DNA of 28,495 bases from Enhygromyxa sp. (lineage in GTDB: Bacteria > Myxococcota_A > Polyangia > Nannocystales > Nannocystaceae), in assembly GCA_035538075.1 (NCBI GenBank), contig DATLLB010000360.1, forward strand, positions 1 through 28,495. Reading direction: 5' to 3'. Positions 1-8,063 of the stretch are shown piece by piece (within the stretch, counting starts at the first letter, position 1; each line of letters begins with the position of its first letter). Both the position numbers and the translations under genes were made by a program. The notes under the pieces were generated by a model. It worked only from the letters and a program-made list of their open reading frames with translations. It ran no database searches and was not told where the DNA came from.

Positions 1-635
1 GACGGTCGCGGCCATGGCGATTGGTGCGGCAGGTGGTGGTAGAGCGTGCGCTCGTCGGGCGCCAGCGCAGAGAAGCCTGGGCGATCGCTGATCCCTCCGT
101 CGGCGTGGAGGCGGCCGTGGATTCGCACGGGACCGAACATGATCGGGAGCGCCGCGCTGGCGCGGATGGCCGGGCGCAGCGGCCCGCGATCGAGCACTGC
201 CGTGGTTCGGCGGCGCAGCTCGTGAGTGACGATCGCCAGCGCGATCGGGCAGTCCTCGATCTGCTGGACGTTGCGCTCCGTCTGCGCGAGCGCCCTGCCG
301 AGCAGCGCGTCGAACTTGCGCCCACGCAAGATCCCGAGCCGCGTGCCGGGATCGGAGTCACGCGCCCCCCAGCCCAACCAGCTCGGATCCCAAAAGTCCT
401 CCCGCCGCAGCGCGCCGAGCAGCTCGATGATCGCCCCGAGCTCGACGCCGGCCGCCCACATGCCACCGGTGATCGCCCCCGCCGAGGTCCCCACGATCCG
501 GCGCGGCCGCAGCCCCGCACGCTCGAGCGCCGCGATCACCCCCGCGTGCGCATAAAAACCAAAGAACCCGGCGCTGAGCACCAACGTGAAGGGCTCGGCG
601 GCGAGCCACGCGTAGTTGCTGTCCGCCTCGCTCAT
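1..635 (-). CDS. patatin-like phospholipase (partial; C-terminal part lies beyond the left window edge)
   Basis: Minus-strand frame is open from ATG 635-633 to the window edge; it is absent from the ORF track because it has no in-window stop. Own translation: MSEADSNYAWLAAEPFTLVLSAGFFGFYAHAGVIAALERAGLRPRRIVGTSAGAITGG...RIHGRLHADGGISDRP. It shows a Gly-rich oxyanion region, a GTSAG (GxSxG) nucleophile elbow and a DGG catalytic-Asp motif. ATGA start/stop overlap with trmB at 632-635. Confidence 0.8.
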   Translation of the reverse strand, partial: MSEADSNYAWLAAEPFTLVLSAGFFGFYAHAGVIAALERAGLRPRRIVGTSAGAITGGMWAAGVELGAIIELLGALRREDFWDPSWLGWGARDSDPGTRLGILRGRKFDALLGRALAQTERNVQQIEDCPIALAIVTHELRRRTTAVLDRGPLRPAIRASAALPIMFGPVRIHGRLHADGGISDRPGFSALAPDERTLYHHLPHQSPWPRP

Positions 636-1306
636 GGACTCGTCCTCATTCGGTAACGCATCCGCCAGACCCGCTGGCCGCGGGCGAGCGTGGTGTCCTC
701 GCGCCGACTGCTGGCGTCGCACGGATTTTCTCGCGTGAAGCACCAGGGCCCAGCGAGGTTCTCGAACCCGAGCACGAGCGCGTCGTCATGCTCGAGCTCC
801 TCCATCGCCGCCAACGCGACCTCGAACACGTCGCTGGCGAAGTGCAGCTCGCCGCCGCTGCGAAGCTGCCGCGCGACCACGGCGAGCAGACCCGGCTCGA
901 CCACGCGGCGCTTGTGGTGGCGGGCCTTGAACCACGGATCCGGAAACAGCACGTGGAAGCGATCCACGCTGGCCGGCGCGAACACCCGATCGAGATCGAC
1001 GTTGATGTTCGAGTAGCCGAATTCGAGGTTGCCGAGCCCGCGCCGCCGGGCCCACTTCCGGTTGCGCTCGACCAGCGGCTCGCGGATCTCGAGCCCGACC
1101 ACGAACCACGTCGGGTGGCGCTCGGCGAGCTCGAACGAGAACTTGGCGTCGGCGCAGCCGAGCTCGACCTCGACTCGCGCACAGCTCGGCGGCGGCGTGA
1201 TCGCCTGCGCCCGCGCCTCGAGGTACACGGCCCCGAGCGGGTTGACGTGCTGTCGGATGTTCCGCACCGAGGCGCCCGCATAGCAAACCCTGGGCGATCT
1301 CGACAA
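632..1306 (-). CDS. trmB: tRNA (guanine-N7)-methyltransferase
   Basis: 224-aa ORF with IRQHVNPL near the N-terminus, a VVGLEIR SAM-binding-type segment and the hallmark LFPDPWFKARHHKRRV motif of TrmB. Confidence 0.85.
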   Translation of the reverse strand: MSRSPRVCYAGASVRNIRQHVNPLGAVYLEARAQAITPPPSCARVEVELGCADAKFSFELAERHPTWFVVGLEIREPLVERNRKWARRRGLGNLEFGYSNINVDLDRVFAPASVDRFHVLFPDPWFKARHHKRRVVEPGLLAVVARQLRSGGELHFASDVFEVALAAMEELEHDDALVLGFENLAGPWCFTRENPCDASSRREDTTLARGQRVWRMRYRMRTSP

Positions 1307-1344
1307 CGTGGACCGATGCGGCGACCCTCTCGCGCAGCGTCGGC

Positions 1345-1998
1345 ATGTCCGAAGGTCGCGATTTCACGGTCACGCGTCGCCTGGTCGCCGAGCTCGAGCT
1401 CGCGCGGGCGGTCCACAGCCTCACGGTGCATGAGCTCGGCAACCCGCTGCAGAGCCTGCTGGTGCTGATCGAGCTGAGCCGCGACGAGCTGCGCGCGGCC
1501 GGACTCGAGGGTCGCACGCTCGAGCGACTCGATCGCGCGCTGGACTCGATCGAGCGGCTGCGGCGGATCCTGTTGAGCTCGGGCGCGGTGCGGACTTGCC
1601 TGACGGAGCTCGAGCGGGTGCCCGACTGGGGTCGCCTGCTCGACGCGCTGGCCGGCTTCATCGGCGAGCGCCTGACTCAGCTGCGCGCGACGCTGGTGCG
1701 CTTCACCGACGAGATCGATCACCGACCGGTCGCGCTCGGGCCCGTGCGCGAGGCTACGCTGAGCTTGCTCATCGAAGCCGTCCGGCAGGTCCGCGACGCT
1801 CGCAGCGACGGCATGACAGTCGAGCTGCACGGTCGCACGCTGCAAGATCGGACCTGCCTGCGCGTCGCCGTGCACGGACCGACCGGACCGATCGAGCTCG
1901 ACGAGCGGACCTTCACGCAGGTCGAGGCGCTGCTCGGCGACTCCGCCGATGCCCGCTGTCAACGCGACGCGCAAGCCCTGGTACTGTGGTCGTCGTGA
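1345..1998 (+). CDS. HisKA-like protein with degenerate ATPase region (histidine-kinase-like, no sensor/TM domain)
   Basis: 217-aa ORF with an H-box-like SLTVHELGNPLQSL. The downstream segment occupies the position of the HATPase domain, but I see no clear N/G1/G2 boxes. It ends 26 nt before the WYL regulator gene. Confidence 0.55.
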   Translation: MSEGRDFTVTRRLVAELELARAVHSLTVHELGNPLQSLLVLIELSRDELRAAGLEGRTLERLDRALDSIERLRRILLSSGAVRTCLTELERVPDWGRLLDALAGFIGERLTQLRATLVRFTDEIDHRPVALGPVREATLSLLIEAVRQVRDARSDGMTVELHGRTLQDRTCLRVAVHGPTGPIELDERTFTQVEALLGDSADARCQRDAQALVLWSS

Positions 1999-2023
1999 AC
2001 GACTCGATGAAGCGGGGGGAGTG

Positions 2024-3019
2024 ATGAGCGAAGGGCCGTCGGAACTGGTCAAGGAGACCGCGAGGAAGCTGCTTCGGCACCTGCGCGAGCACCCGAGCGG
2101 GGCCAGCAAAGAGGAGCTCGCCAAGGTCGCCGACGTCTCCTACCCTTCGATCCAGCGCGCGCTGACGTGGCTGCGCGATCACTGCGACTCGCCGGTCGAG
2201 TTCGATCGCGCCGCGGGTCGCTGGGTGCTCCGGGATCCTCACTTCACGCTGCCGCTGACCGATCCCGACGCGCAGGATCTCTCGGCCGTGCTGTTCGCCG
2301 AGGCTCTGCTCGCGCCGCTCGCCGACGAAGAGATCACGATCCGACTGCGACGCCTCGCCGAGCAGATGGACGCCGAGATGCGCGAGCGCGGGCAGACGCC
2401 CAGCGAAGGCGCGCGGCCGGGCAGCTTGATCGCGACGCTGACGACCGGCAGCCGCACCGATCCGCAGGTGCTCTCGCTATTGTTCGGTGCGATCGGCAAG
2501 CAGGTCGTGCAGATCCGCTACGCGAGCCCGTGGAGCCCCGGCGGAGGCATGCGCCTCCACGACATCGAGCCCTGGCAGCTGCGCCTGCACGACGGCAACA
2601 TGTACCTGCGCGCCTACTCGCGCACGCACAAGGAGCCGCGCAGCTTTCGAGTCGCGCAGATCGAGGGCGCCGAGCCGATCGTCGGGCTCACGCCGCGCGA
2701 GCCCATCCCTCCGCCCGACAAGATTTGGGGCGATCACGATCCCGCGTTCGGCATCGACGAGGACCGGCCCGGCGTCGCGGTGATCCGCATCCGCGCGCCC
2801 ACGGCTCGTTGGGTGCACCCCAACGTGTGGGATCCCGGCCAGCGCGACGCGTGGATCGAAGACGGCCAGCTGCTCGAGCGCCGGGTCTCGTACCGGTCCT
2901 GCCGCGAGCTCGCCCGGCGCCTGCTCTCGCTGGGCGACGCGCTCGAGTCCGTCGAGCCCGCCGAGCTGCGCGAGGCGATCGTCCTGCACGCCAAGACCCT
3001 CGTCGACCGGCTCGGCTGA
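2024..3019 (+). CDS. WYL domain-containing transcriptional regulator (HTH-WYL-WCX architecture)
   Basis: ATG at 2024 is preceded by GGGGGGAG. N-terminal wHTH (LAKVADVSYPSIQRALTWLRD). WYL-type core (IEPWQLRLHDGNMYLRAYSRTHKEPRSFRVAQI). C-terminal extension (VAVIRIRAPTARWV...LGDALESVEPAELREAI). The 1949 start in the ORF track would overlap the upstream gene. Confidence 0.8.
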   Translation: MSEGPSELVKETARKLLRHLREHPSGASKEELAKVADVSYPSIQRALTWLRDHCDSPVEFDRAAGRWVLRDPHFTLPLTDPDAQDLSAVLFAEALLAPLADEEITIRLRRLAEQMDAEMRERGQTPSEGARPGSLIATLTTGSRTDPQVLSLLFGAIGKQVVQIRYASPWSPGGGMRLHDIEPWQLRLHDGNMYLRAYSRTHKEPRSFRVAQIEGAEPIVGLTPREPIPPPDKIWGDHDPAFGIDEDRPGVAVIRIRAPTARWVHPNVWDPGQRDAWIEDGQLLERRVSYRSCRELARRLLSLGDALESVEPAELREAIVLHAKTLVDRLG

Positions 3020-3120
3020 GCCGCGTGAGGCGCTGCGCCAAAGGCGGTGCGTCAGCTCTCGCCAAAAGCCGGTCGGCCTCTGTGGCGCAGCCCGAAAATA
3101 AGCTATCTTCCGCGGCCCCC

Positions 3121-3205
3121 GGAGAGGTGTCCGAGTGGTCGATGGTGCCAGACTCGAAATCTGGTGTGGCGAAAGCCACCGTGGGTTCGAATCCCACCCT
3201 CTCCG
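3121..3205 (+). tRNA. tRNA-Ser (anticodon CGA), type II with long variable arm, no encoded CCA
   Basis: Acceptor GGAGAGG/CCTCTCC plus discriminator G. Anticodon stem CCAGA/TCTGG with loop CTCGAAA. Variable arm GTGGCGAAAGCCAC. T-arm GTGGG-TTCGAAT-CCCAC. Confidence 0.9.
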
Positions 3206-3272
3206 CTACCTGACAAACCAGCCCGAACGCGCCCGCCGAGAACGGGCGCGTTCCTAGCTCGGTCCACACCTT

Positions 3273-3357
3273 GGAGAGGTGTCCGAGTGGTCGAAGGTGC
3301 ATGATTGGAAATCATGTGTGGGGAAACCCACCGCGGGTTCGAATCCCGCCCTCTCCG
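3273..3357 (+). tRNA. tRNA-Ser (anticodon GGA), type II, no encoded CCA
   Basis: Acceptor GGAGAGG/CCTCTCC plus G. Anticodon stem CATGA/TCATG with loop TTGGAAA. Long variable arm. T-arm GCGGG-TTCGAAT-CCCGC. Confidence 0.9.
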
Positions 3358-3461
3358 TCGGTCGCCGCTCCACGTGAAAAGCGACCGTTCATGCCCCGGG
3401 TGACGCTTCTCCCCCTAACCCCGCCAGGGCCGGAAGGCAGCAACGGTACCGGGGAGAGCGG

Positions 3462-3485
3462 GTGCCCGTGGGCGCTTTTCTTTTT
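3462..3485 (+). terminator. putative rho-independent terminator downstream of the tRNA-Ser pair
   Basis: GC-rich hairpin GTGCC-CGTG-GGCGC is followed directly by TTTTCTTTTT, an unusually T-rich run for this genome. Confidence 0.45.
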
Positions 3486-3739
3486 GATCGCTGGCGGGCG
3501 CTGTCGGCTGGTTGCTGGAGACCGGTCAGAGCCTTCTGCGGACTCGAGGTGACCGAGCTTATGCGTGCTCGCCAGCTTGGGCGCGGATCGTGCTCGGCCC
3601 GTCGGGCCTCCGCGCGCTCCGCCACCCTCGGCTTCGCCTCGGGCTCGAGGTCCCCCGCGCGCCTTCGTGCGATCGGGCTTGGTTTCGCCCCTTGATTCGG
3701 AGAAGGGCGCGGGTTCGAGTTTTGCGATAAGTTGGGCTC

Positions 3740-4147
3740 GTGGAGGAAGAGCAACAGGCGGAGATCCTCGCCGAGATCAACGTGACGCCGATGATCGACG
3801 TGCTGATGAGCCTGTTGATCATCTTCATGGTCGCGTCGGAGCCTCCGCCCAAGCACAAGCAGCCGATTGCGATCCCGCAGAGTCCGATCGAGCAGACCGA
3901 GAACGATCCCAACGCGACCTTGCTGATCAAGATCGACGCGAACGGGGCGATCTCGCTGGGCAAGACGCCGATCGGCAATCGTGACGCTCTCGTCCAGGCG
4001 TTGGTCGCCAACGAGAAGGCGCAGTCGGACGGACGCGTGGCGGTGAAGGCCGACGGCAAGGTGCCGTACGGCTCGGTGATCGACGTGATGTCAGCCGCGC
4101 GCGAAGCCGGCATCGCTCAGGTCGGCATCGCCAGCGAACGGCTATGA
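3740..4147 (+). CDS. biopolymer transport protein ExbD/TolR family
   Basis: 135 aa. N-terminal EINVTPMIDVLMSLLIIFMV single TM signature of ExbD/TolR. Periplasmic domain with VAVKADGKVPYGSVIDVMSAAREAGI. Confidence 0.85.
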   Translation: MEEEQQAEILAEINVTPMIDVLMSLLIIFMVASEPPPKHKQPIAIPQSPIEQTENDPNATLLIKIDANGAISLGKTPIGNRDALVQALVANEKAQSDGRVAVKADGKVPYGSVIDVMSAAREAGIAQVGIASERL

Positions 4148-4222
4148 TGCCCCCCGCGAACGCTCTCGTTCGCGCCGCTCGCTTCGCTCGCTCGACGCAC
4201 GTTGGCTGCGGCCGCACGTGGT

Positions 4223-4242
4223 GACCCCCGGTGGGGGTCTTT
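4223..4242 (+). terminator. hairpin, weak terminator candidate between convergent genes
   Basis: GACCCCC-GGT-GGGGGTC followed by only TTT. It lies between the exbD-like stop (4147) and the stop of the minus-strand thioredoxin-like gene (4268). Confidence 0.3.
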
Positions 4243-4267
4243 CAAGACTGGAGGCTCCGCTCGAGAC

Positions 4268-4846
4268 TCAAGACTGCGCCAGGCTCGCGAACCACAGCGG
4301 CAAGGTGGCGTCGAGGCCCTGCGCTTCGAGGCGATCCTTGGCCTCCTTCATCTCTTCGACCCGCTTGCCCGCGTCGTCGAGCAACACGACCAGCGGATAG
4401 GTGCCGAGGATGGGCTCCCAGCGGCGGCGCAGGTCGTTGTACTCGTCCATCCGAGCGGCGGCGCTCCAGTCGTCCTCCTTGAGCTCGAGCACGCGAACGC
4501 TGCCGATCATCGAGCGCGGGTGCATGTTGCCGAGCTCGAGATCGAGGTGTTTGCAGGGCTCGCACCAATCGGCGGAGAACAGCACGACCACCCGCTTGCC
4601 CTCGGCCTTCGCCTCGGCTTGCAGGCGATCGAACATCTTCGCGAGCGGCTCCTCCTCGCGCGGACGCAAGCGTCGAAGGTCATAGCCGACCAGCGGATCG
4701 GCCTCGACCTTCTCGGAGCTCTTTGCGGCGCTCGCCTGCGAGGCCGGCTCGGGTGCGCCGCAGGCCGACAGCAGAACCGAGAGCAGGATGGCGCTCGCAC
4801 GAGTCGACACCGCGGCTGCATAACCCGGCCGCGGTGTCGCCCACAA
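4268..4846 (-). CDS. thioredoxin-fold lipoprotein (WCEPC active site)
   Basis: 192 aa. Signal peptide with lipobox LLSAC. VVVLFSADWCEPCKHL thioredoxin-type CxxC motif. The start may lie a few codons downstream of 4846. Confidence 0.75.
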   Translation of the reverse strand: MWATPRPGYAAAVSTRASAILLSVLLSACGAPEPASQASAAKSSEKVEADPLVGYDLRRLRPREEEPLAKMFDRLQAEAKAEGKRVVVLFSADWCEPCKHLDLELGNMHPRSMIGSVRVLELKEDDWSAAARMDEYNDLRRRWEPILGTYPLVVLLDDAGKRVEEMKEAKDRLEAQGLDATLPLWFASLAQS

Positions 4847-4850
4847 GCGG

Positions 4851-5390
4851 CTACTCCGCGACGCTGTATCGCATGCCGCGGGCCTTGCCTTCCCAGGTGA
4901 TCTTGCCGAGGTCGATCAAGCGCGCGAGCGACTTGCGGACCTGCAAGGCGGTGCCGCCCACGCGCGAGGTGATCTCGGGCGCCTTGATCGGCCGCTCGGA
5001 CTCGGCGACGACTGCGAGCACGGCCGCGTCGTAGGCCTTGCGACCTTCGGGCGTGCGCGTGTTGACGGACTTGGTCTTGACCTTCGCCTTGCTGGTCTTG
5101 ACCTTGCCCGGCCGCTCGTCCTCCTCCTCGTCCGCATCGTCCGCGACCCTGACGCCGCCGCGACCACCCTGCATGATGTCACCGACAGACACGGTGCTGA
5201 GCAGGGTGGCGAACTTACCTTTTCCCAGCTTGGTCAACTCGGCGAGCGTGAGCTGCGGGTTCTCGCAGACGAGGTTGATGAACACGTCGCGCTCGACAGC
5301 TTCGACCGCGGAGTTGAATTCCCGTTCAAAACTGGACACGCGCCGACCATAGCACAATCGATTCGATATACGAACATCCTCTCGCCACAT
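4851..5390 (-). CDS. hypothetical protein, Lys-rich linker and C-terminal winged-helix-like segment
   Basis: 179-aa ORF; an alternative GTG start at 5339 gives VSSFEREFN. Lys-rich stretch KVKTSKAKVKTKSV. The C-terminus PEITSRVGGTALQVRKSLARLIDLGKI resembles a wHTH. No family recognised. Confidence 0.5.
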   Translation of the reverse strand: MWREDVRISNRLCYGRRVSSFEREFNSAVEAVERDVFINLVCENPQLTLAELTKLGKGKFATLLSTVSVGDIMQGGRGGVRVADDADEEEDERPGKVKTSKAKVKTKSVNTRTPEGRKAYDAAVLAVVAESERPIKAPEITSRVGGTALQVRKSLARLIDLGKITWEGKARGMRYSVAE

Positions 5391-5670
5391 TTTTTGTGGT
5401 GATCACTGGCCCATCGGACACCAAGGTGCGGCGATTTCAGTTTCGTAGCCGGACAACCACACCCCGCGCAGATCGCCGCGAAACGGGCGCAGCGGCCGGG
5501 ATCGCGCGTAGTGTAACGTTTGGCCAATTCGTGGTCTTTGGGACAGGATCGCCTCGATCCTCACAGAGCGCGGCCGACACTATGCTGATAGTACCTGCTC
5601 ACGGTGCAAATTCCCGGCGGCCGGGAGGTGCGATTCGCCGGCCCTTTGGCCAGCCGAGTAGACTGGTCCC

Positions 5671-6135
5671 GTGCCGATCCCCGAGCAGTTCCACGCCGAG
5701 AGCCTCTACGAGCCGGAGCAGTGGTACGTGCACGACGTACTCGAGGTCGACGCCGAGCACGTGGTCGGCGTTTGTGACACCCAAGCGCTCATCGACAGTC
5801 CGATCGTCGCAGCCCAGCGCGCTTGGCCGGGCCAGCCCAAGCACGTGCCCGGCATCGTCATGCTGCAGATCACCGGCACGCTCGGCAACCTCCACGCGGT
5901 GCTCGGGCTCGGCCTGCGCATGAGCGAGGGCTGGGTCGGCTTCGGCACCAACATCCTCGAGGCCCGCTTTCGCGGGCTCGGTCGGCTGGGCCCGCCGCTG
6001 CGCTGCGAGCTGCGAGTCGAAGAGGTGCGAAAGCTCGAAGGCTCGCTGTTCGCGACCTATTCGTTTCGCTTCAGCCAGGAGTCGGCGACCGTCTACACCT
6101 CGCGCCAACGCGCCGCTTGGCGAAAGACTACTTAA
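5671..6135 (+). CDS. hotdog-fold protein, FabA/FabZ-like dehydratase family (tentative)
   Basis: 154 aa. WPGQPKHVPGIVMLQITGTLG resembles the His-containing FabZ-type motif region. Size and pattern fit a single hotdog domain. Confidence 0.55.
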   Translation: MPIPEQFHAESLYEPEQWYVHDVLEVDAEHVVGVCDTQALIDSPIVAAQRAWPGQPKHVPGIVMLQITGTLGNLHAVLGLGLRMSEGWVGFGTNILEARFRGLGRLGPPLRCELRVEEVRKLEGSLFATYSFRFSQESATVYTSRQRAAWRKTT

Positions 6136-7640
6136 ATCAGGTCGGCGACGAGCTTGCTGAAAAAGCGCCAGAAGGGCTCGACCGTATCGATCACCAGGCT
6201 CTCGTTCGGCGTGTGGGCGTCGTAGATGTCGGGCCCGAACGCGATCATCTCGAGCCCGGGCACGCGATCGTTGAGCACACCGCACTCGAGCCCGGCGTGG
6301 ATGGCCTCGAGCTTGGGCTCACGTCCGAACAGCGCCACGTAGCTGGCCCGAGCGGTGCGCAGGAGCTCGGTGTCGAGCCGCGCCTCCCAGCCGGGGAACC
6401 AGTGCTTGTACTCGATGCGCGCGCCCGAGGCCTCGAGCGTCCGCTCGCATCGCTCCTGAAAGTGCTCGAGCGCGCCCGCCTTGGAGGAGCGAGCCAGCGC
6501 GATCAGACGGATCTCGTCGTCGACCGTGACCAGGGTGCCGAGGTTGTTGCTGGTCTCGACGAGGCCGGGGATCACGGGCGACCAGGCGAGCACGCCATCG
6601 CGTTGGTTTCGCAGCGCCTCGAGGATCGCCCGACCGGTGATCGAGGAGATCGGCGCGGGCGTGGCCTCGCGCTCGGACGCGGGCAGCTCGGCGAAGCCCA
6701 CCAAGAGATCGGGGTCGACGCTGGCGAAGGTCTCGGCGATGCGCCGCGCGGCGGCCTCGAAGCCACGCGCGAGCTCGCGGGTGCGAGCGCTCGCTACCCA
6801 GAGCACAGCCTCGGCCGCGCGCGCGATCGCGTTGACCCGACCGCCACCGTCGAAGCTGGCCAGGCGCACGCCCTCGAGATCGACCTCCTTGGCGGTGAGC
6901 AACGCGATCAGCACGGCGATCGCGTTGGCTCGACCCTCGTGAATGTCGACCCCGCTGTGTCCGCCGCGAAGCCCCTGCACGGTCAGGCGCACGGGCACGT
7001 CGTCGGGGTTGCGATGATCGCGATCGAGCTCCCACGCGGCGTGCAGCTCGCGACCGCCCGCGCACGAGAGATAGATCCGCCCCTCGAGCTCGGCGTCGAG
7101 GTTGACCAGTCGACGCGCGCGGATCAGCGAGGGATCGAGCGCGAAGGCGCCGGTCATGCCGACCTCTTCGTCGGCCGTGAACAGAAGCTCGAGCGGCGGG
7201 TGCTCGAGCCCGGGCGTCAACGCCAGCGCCAGCGCGGCCGCGCAGCCGATCCCGTTGTCGGACCCGAGCGTGGTGCCGTGCGCCTGCAGGACCTCGCGCT
7301 CGCGCCCGCCCAGCTCGCGGGTCGCCCGGCGCAGGCGGATCGGATCGCGCTCGAAGTCGTGTTCGACCTCGACGAGCTTCTCGCAGACCATGTCCATGTG
7401 GCCCTGGATCGCGAGCGGCTCCCCATCCACGCCGCGCCCACGCCCGGCCACGCGCAAGACCACATTGCCGACCGCGTCGGTGATCGCCTGCCAGCCGTGG
7501 CGCTCGGCCAGGCTCAGCAAGTAATCGCGAACACCCTGCTCCTTGCACGAAGGTCGCGGGATTCGACACAGCGCATCGAACTGGCGCCATAGCTCCTGCG
7601 GTTCGAGACCGACCAGCGCAGGGTCTAGCTTCGGCGCCAT
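6132..7640 (-). CDS. pepD: aminoacyl-histidine (Xaa-His) dipeptidase, M20C family
   Basis: 502 aa. LAIQGHMDMV, TTLGSDNGIG, LLFTADEEVGMTGA, GLRGGHSGVDI and AIHAGLECG blocks are typical of PepD. Confidence 0.9.
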   Translation of the reverse strand: MAPKLDPALVGLEPQELWRQFDALCRIPRPSCKEQGVRDYLLSLAERHGWQAITDAVGNVVLRVAGRGRGVDGEPLAIQGHMDMVCEKLVEVEHDFERDPIRLRRATRELGGREREVLQAHGTTLGSDNGIGCAAALALALTPGLEHPPLELLFTADEEVGMTGAFALDPSLIRARRLVNLDAELEGRIYLSCAGGRELHAAWELDRDHRNPDDVPVRLTVQGLRGGHSGVDIHEGRANAIAVLIALLTAKEVDLEGVRLASFDGGGRVNAIARAAEAVLWVASARTRELARGFEAAARRIAETFASVDPDLLVGFAELPASEREATPAPISSITGRAILEALRNQRDGVLAWSPVIPGLVETSNNLGTLVTVDDEIRLIALARSSKAGALEHFQERCERTLEASGARIEYKHWFPGWEARLDTELLRTARASYVALFGREPKLEAIHAGLECGVLNDRVPGLEMIAFGPDIYDAHTPNESLVIDTVEPFWRFFSKLVADLI

Positions 7641-7703
7641 GACTCCGCGATGGTAGCGAGGCGGCGATCCGGGGCAAAGCAGCGCGTGCTTCGCAAAAAA
7701 TGA

Positions 7704-7946
7704 TCACTCGTCGTCATCGAGCACGCGCGCTTGCGCGTCGCGGACTCGCTGGACCGTGGCAGCGAGCGCCTCGACCAGCTCGGGCGGTGCACCCGGGAGC
7801 ACGAGCTCCGGCCGATCGAGCAGGCGCAGCAGACTCCCCCAGCCGTCGATGAACGCGGCGAGGCGAGGCGCGTCGAGTCCGGCCGTGCGCTCGAGCAGCA
7901 ACTCGCGGACGATGTCGTCGAGCAGATCGATTGAAGGTTCGGCCAC
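7704..7946 (-). CDS. hypothetical small acidic protein
   Basis: 80-aa ORF on the same strand as pepD and 64 nt upstream of it. No recognisable motif. Its amino-acid composition looks less biased than that of the overlapping alternative frames, by eye. Confidence 0.4.
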   Translation of the reverse strand: MAEPSIDLLDDIVRELLLERTAGLDAPRLAAFIDGWGSLLRLLDRPELVLPGAPPELVEALAATVQRVRDAQARVLDDDE

Positions 7947-8063
7947 GATTGGTTGCCTGCGGGGCTGATTGTAGATCCCGACCGCTACGCAAAGCCAAAA
8001 GCTGGCCTAAAGCCAAGCGTCACGAAGCTCGCGGGTGCTCGACCACGGCGCTAAAGTTCGCCC

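Noticed and set aside
646-2124. 492-aa minus-strand ORF spanning trmB and the HisKA-like gene
   Set aside because: It is out of frame with trmB and antisense to the HisKA-like gene. The product is rich in S/R/A runs. The trmB frame carries the diagnostic FPDPWFKARHHKRR motif.
3705-3722. GCGGGTTCGAGTT, a T-loop-like motif suggesting a third tRNA upstream of exbD
   Set aside because: I found no complementary T-stem, acceptor stem or anticodon arm around it. It is most likely a chance occurrence.
4156-4173. Perfect hairpin GCGAACG-CTCT-CGTTCGC just after the exbD-like stop
   Set aside because: No T-tract follows on either strand, so I do not call it an intrinsic terminator. It may still be a structural or REP-like element, but there is no second copy in the window.
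5823-7592. 589-aa plus-strand ORF
   Set aside because: It is antisense to pepD, whose translation shows the full set of M20C dipeptidase blocks. The plus-frame product has no motifs and a shadow-ORF composition.
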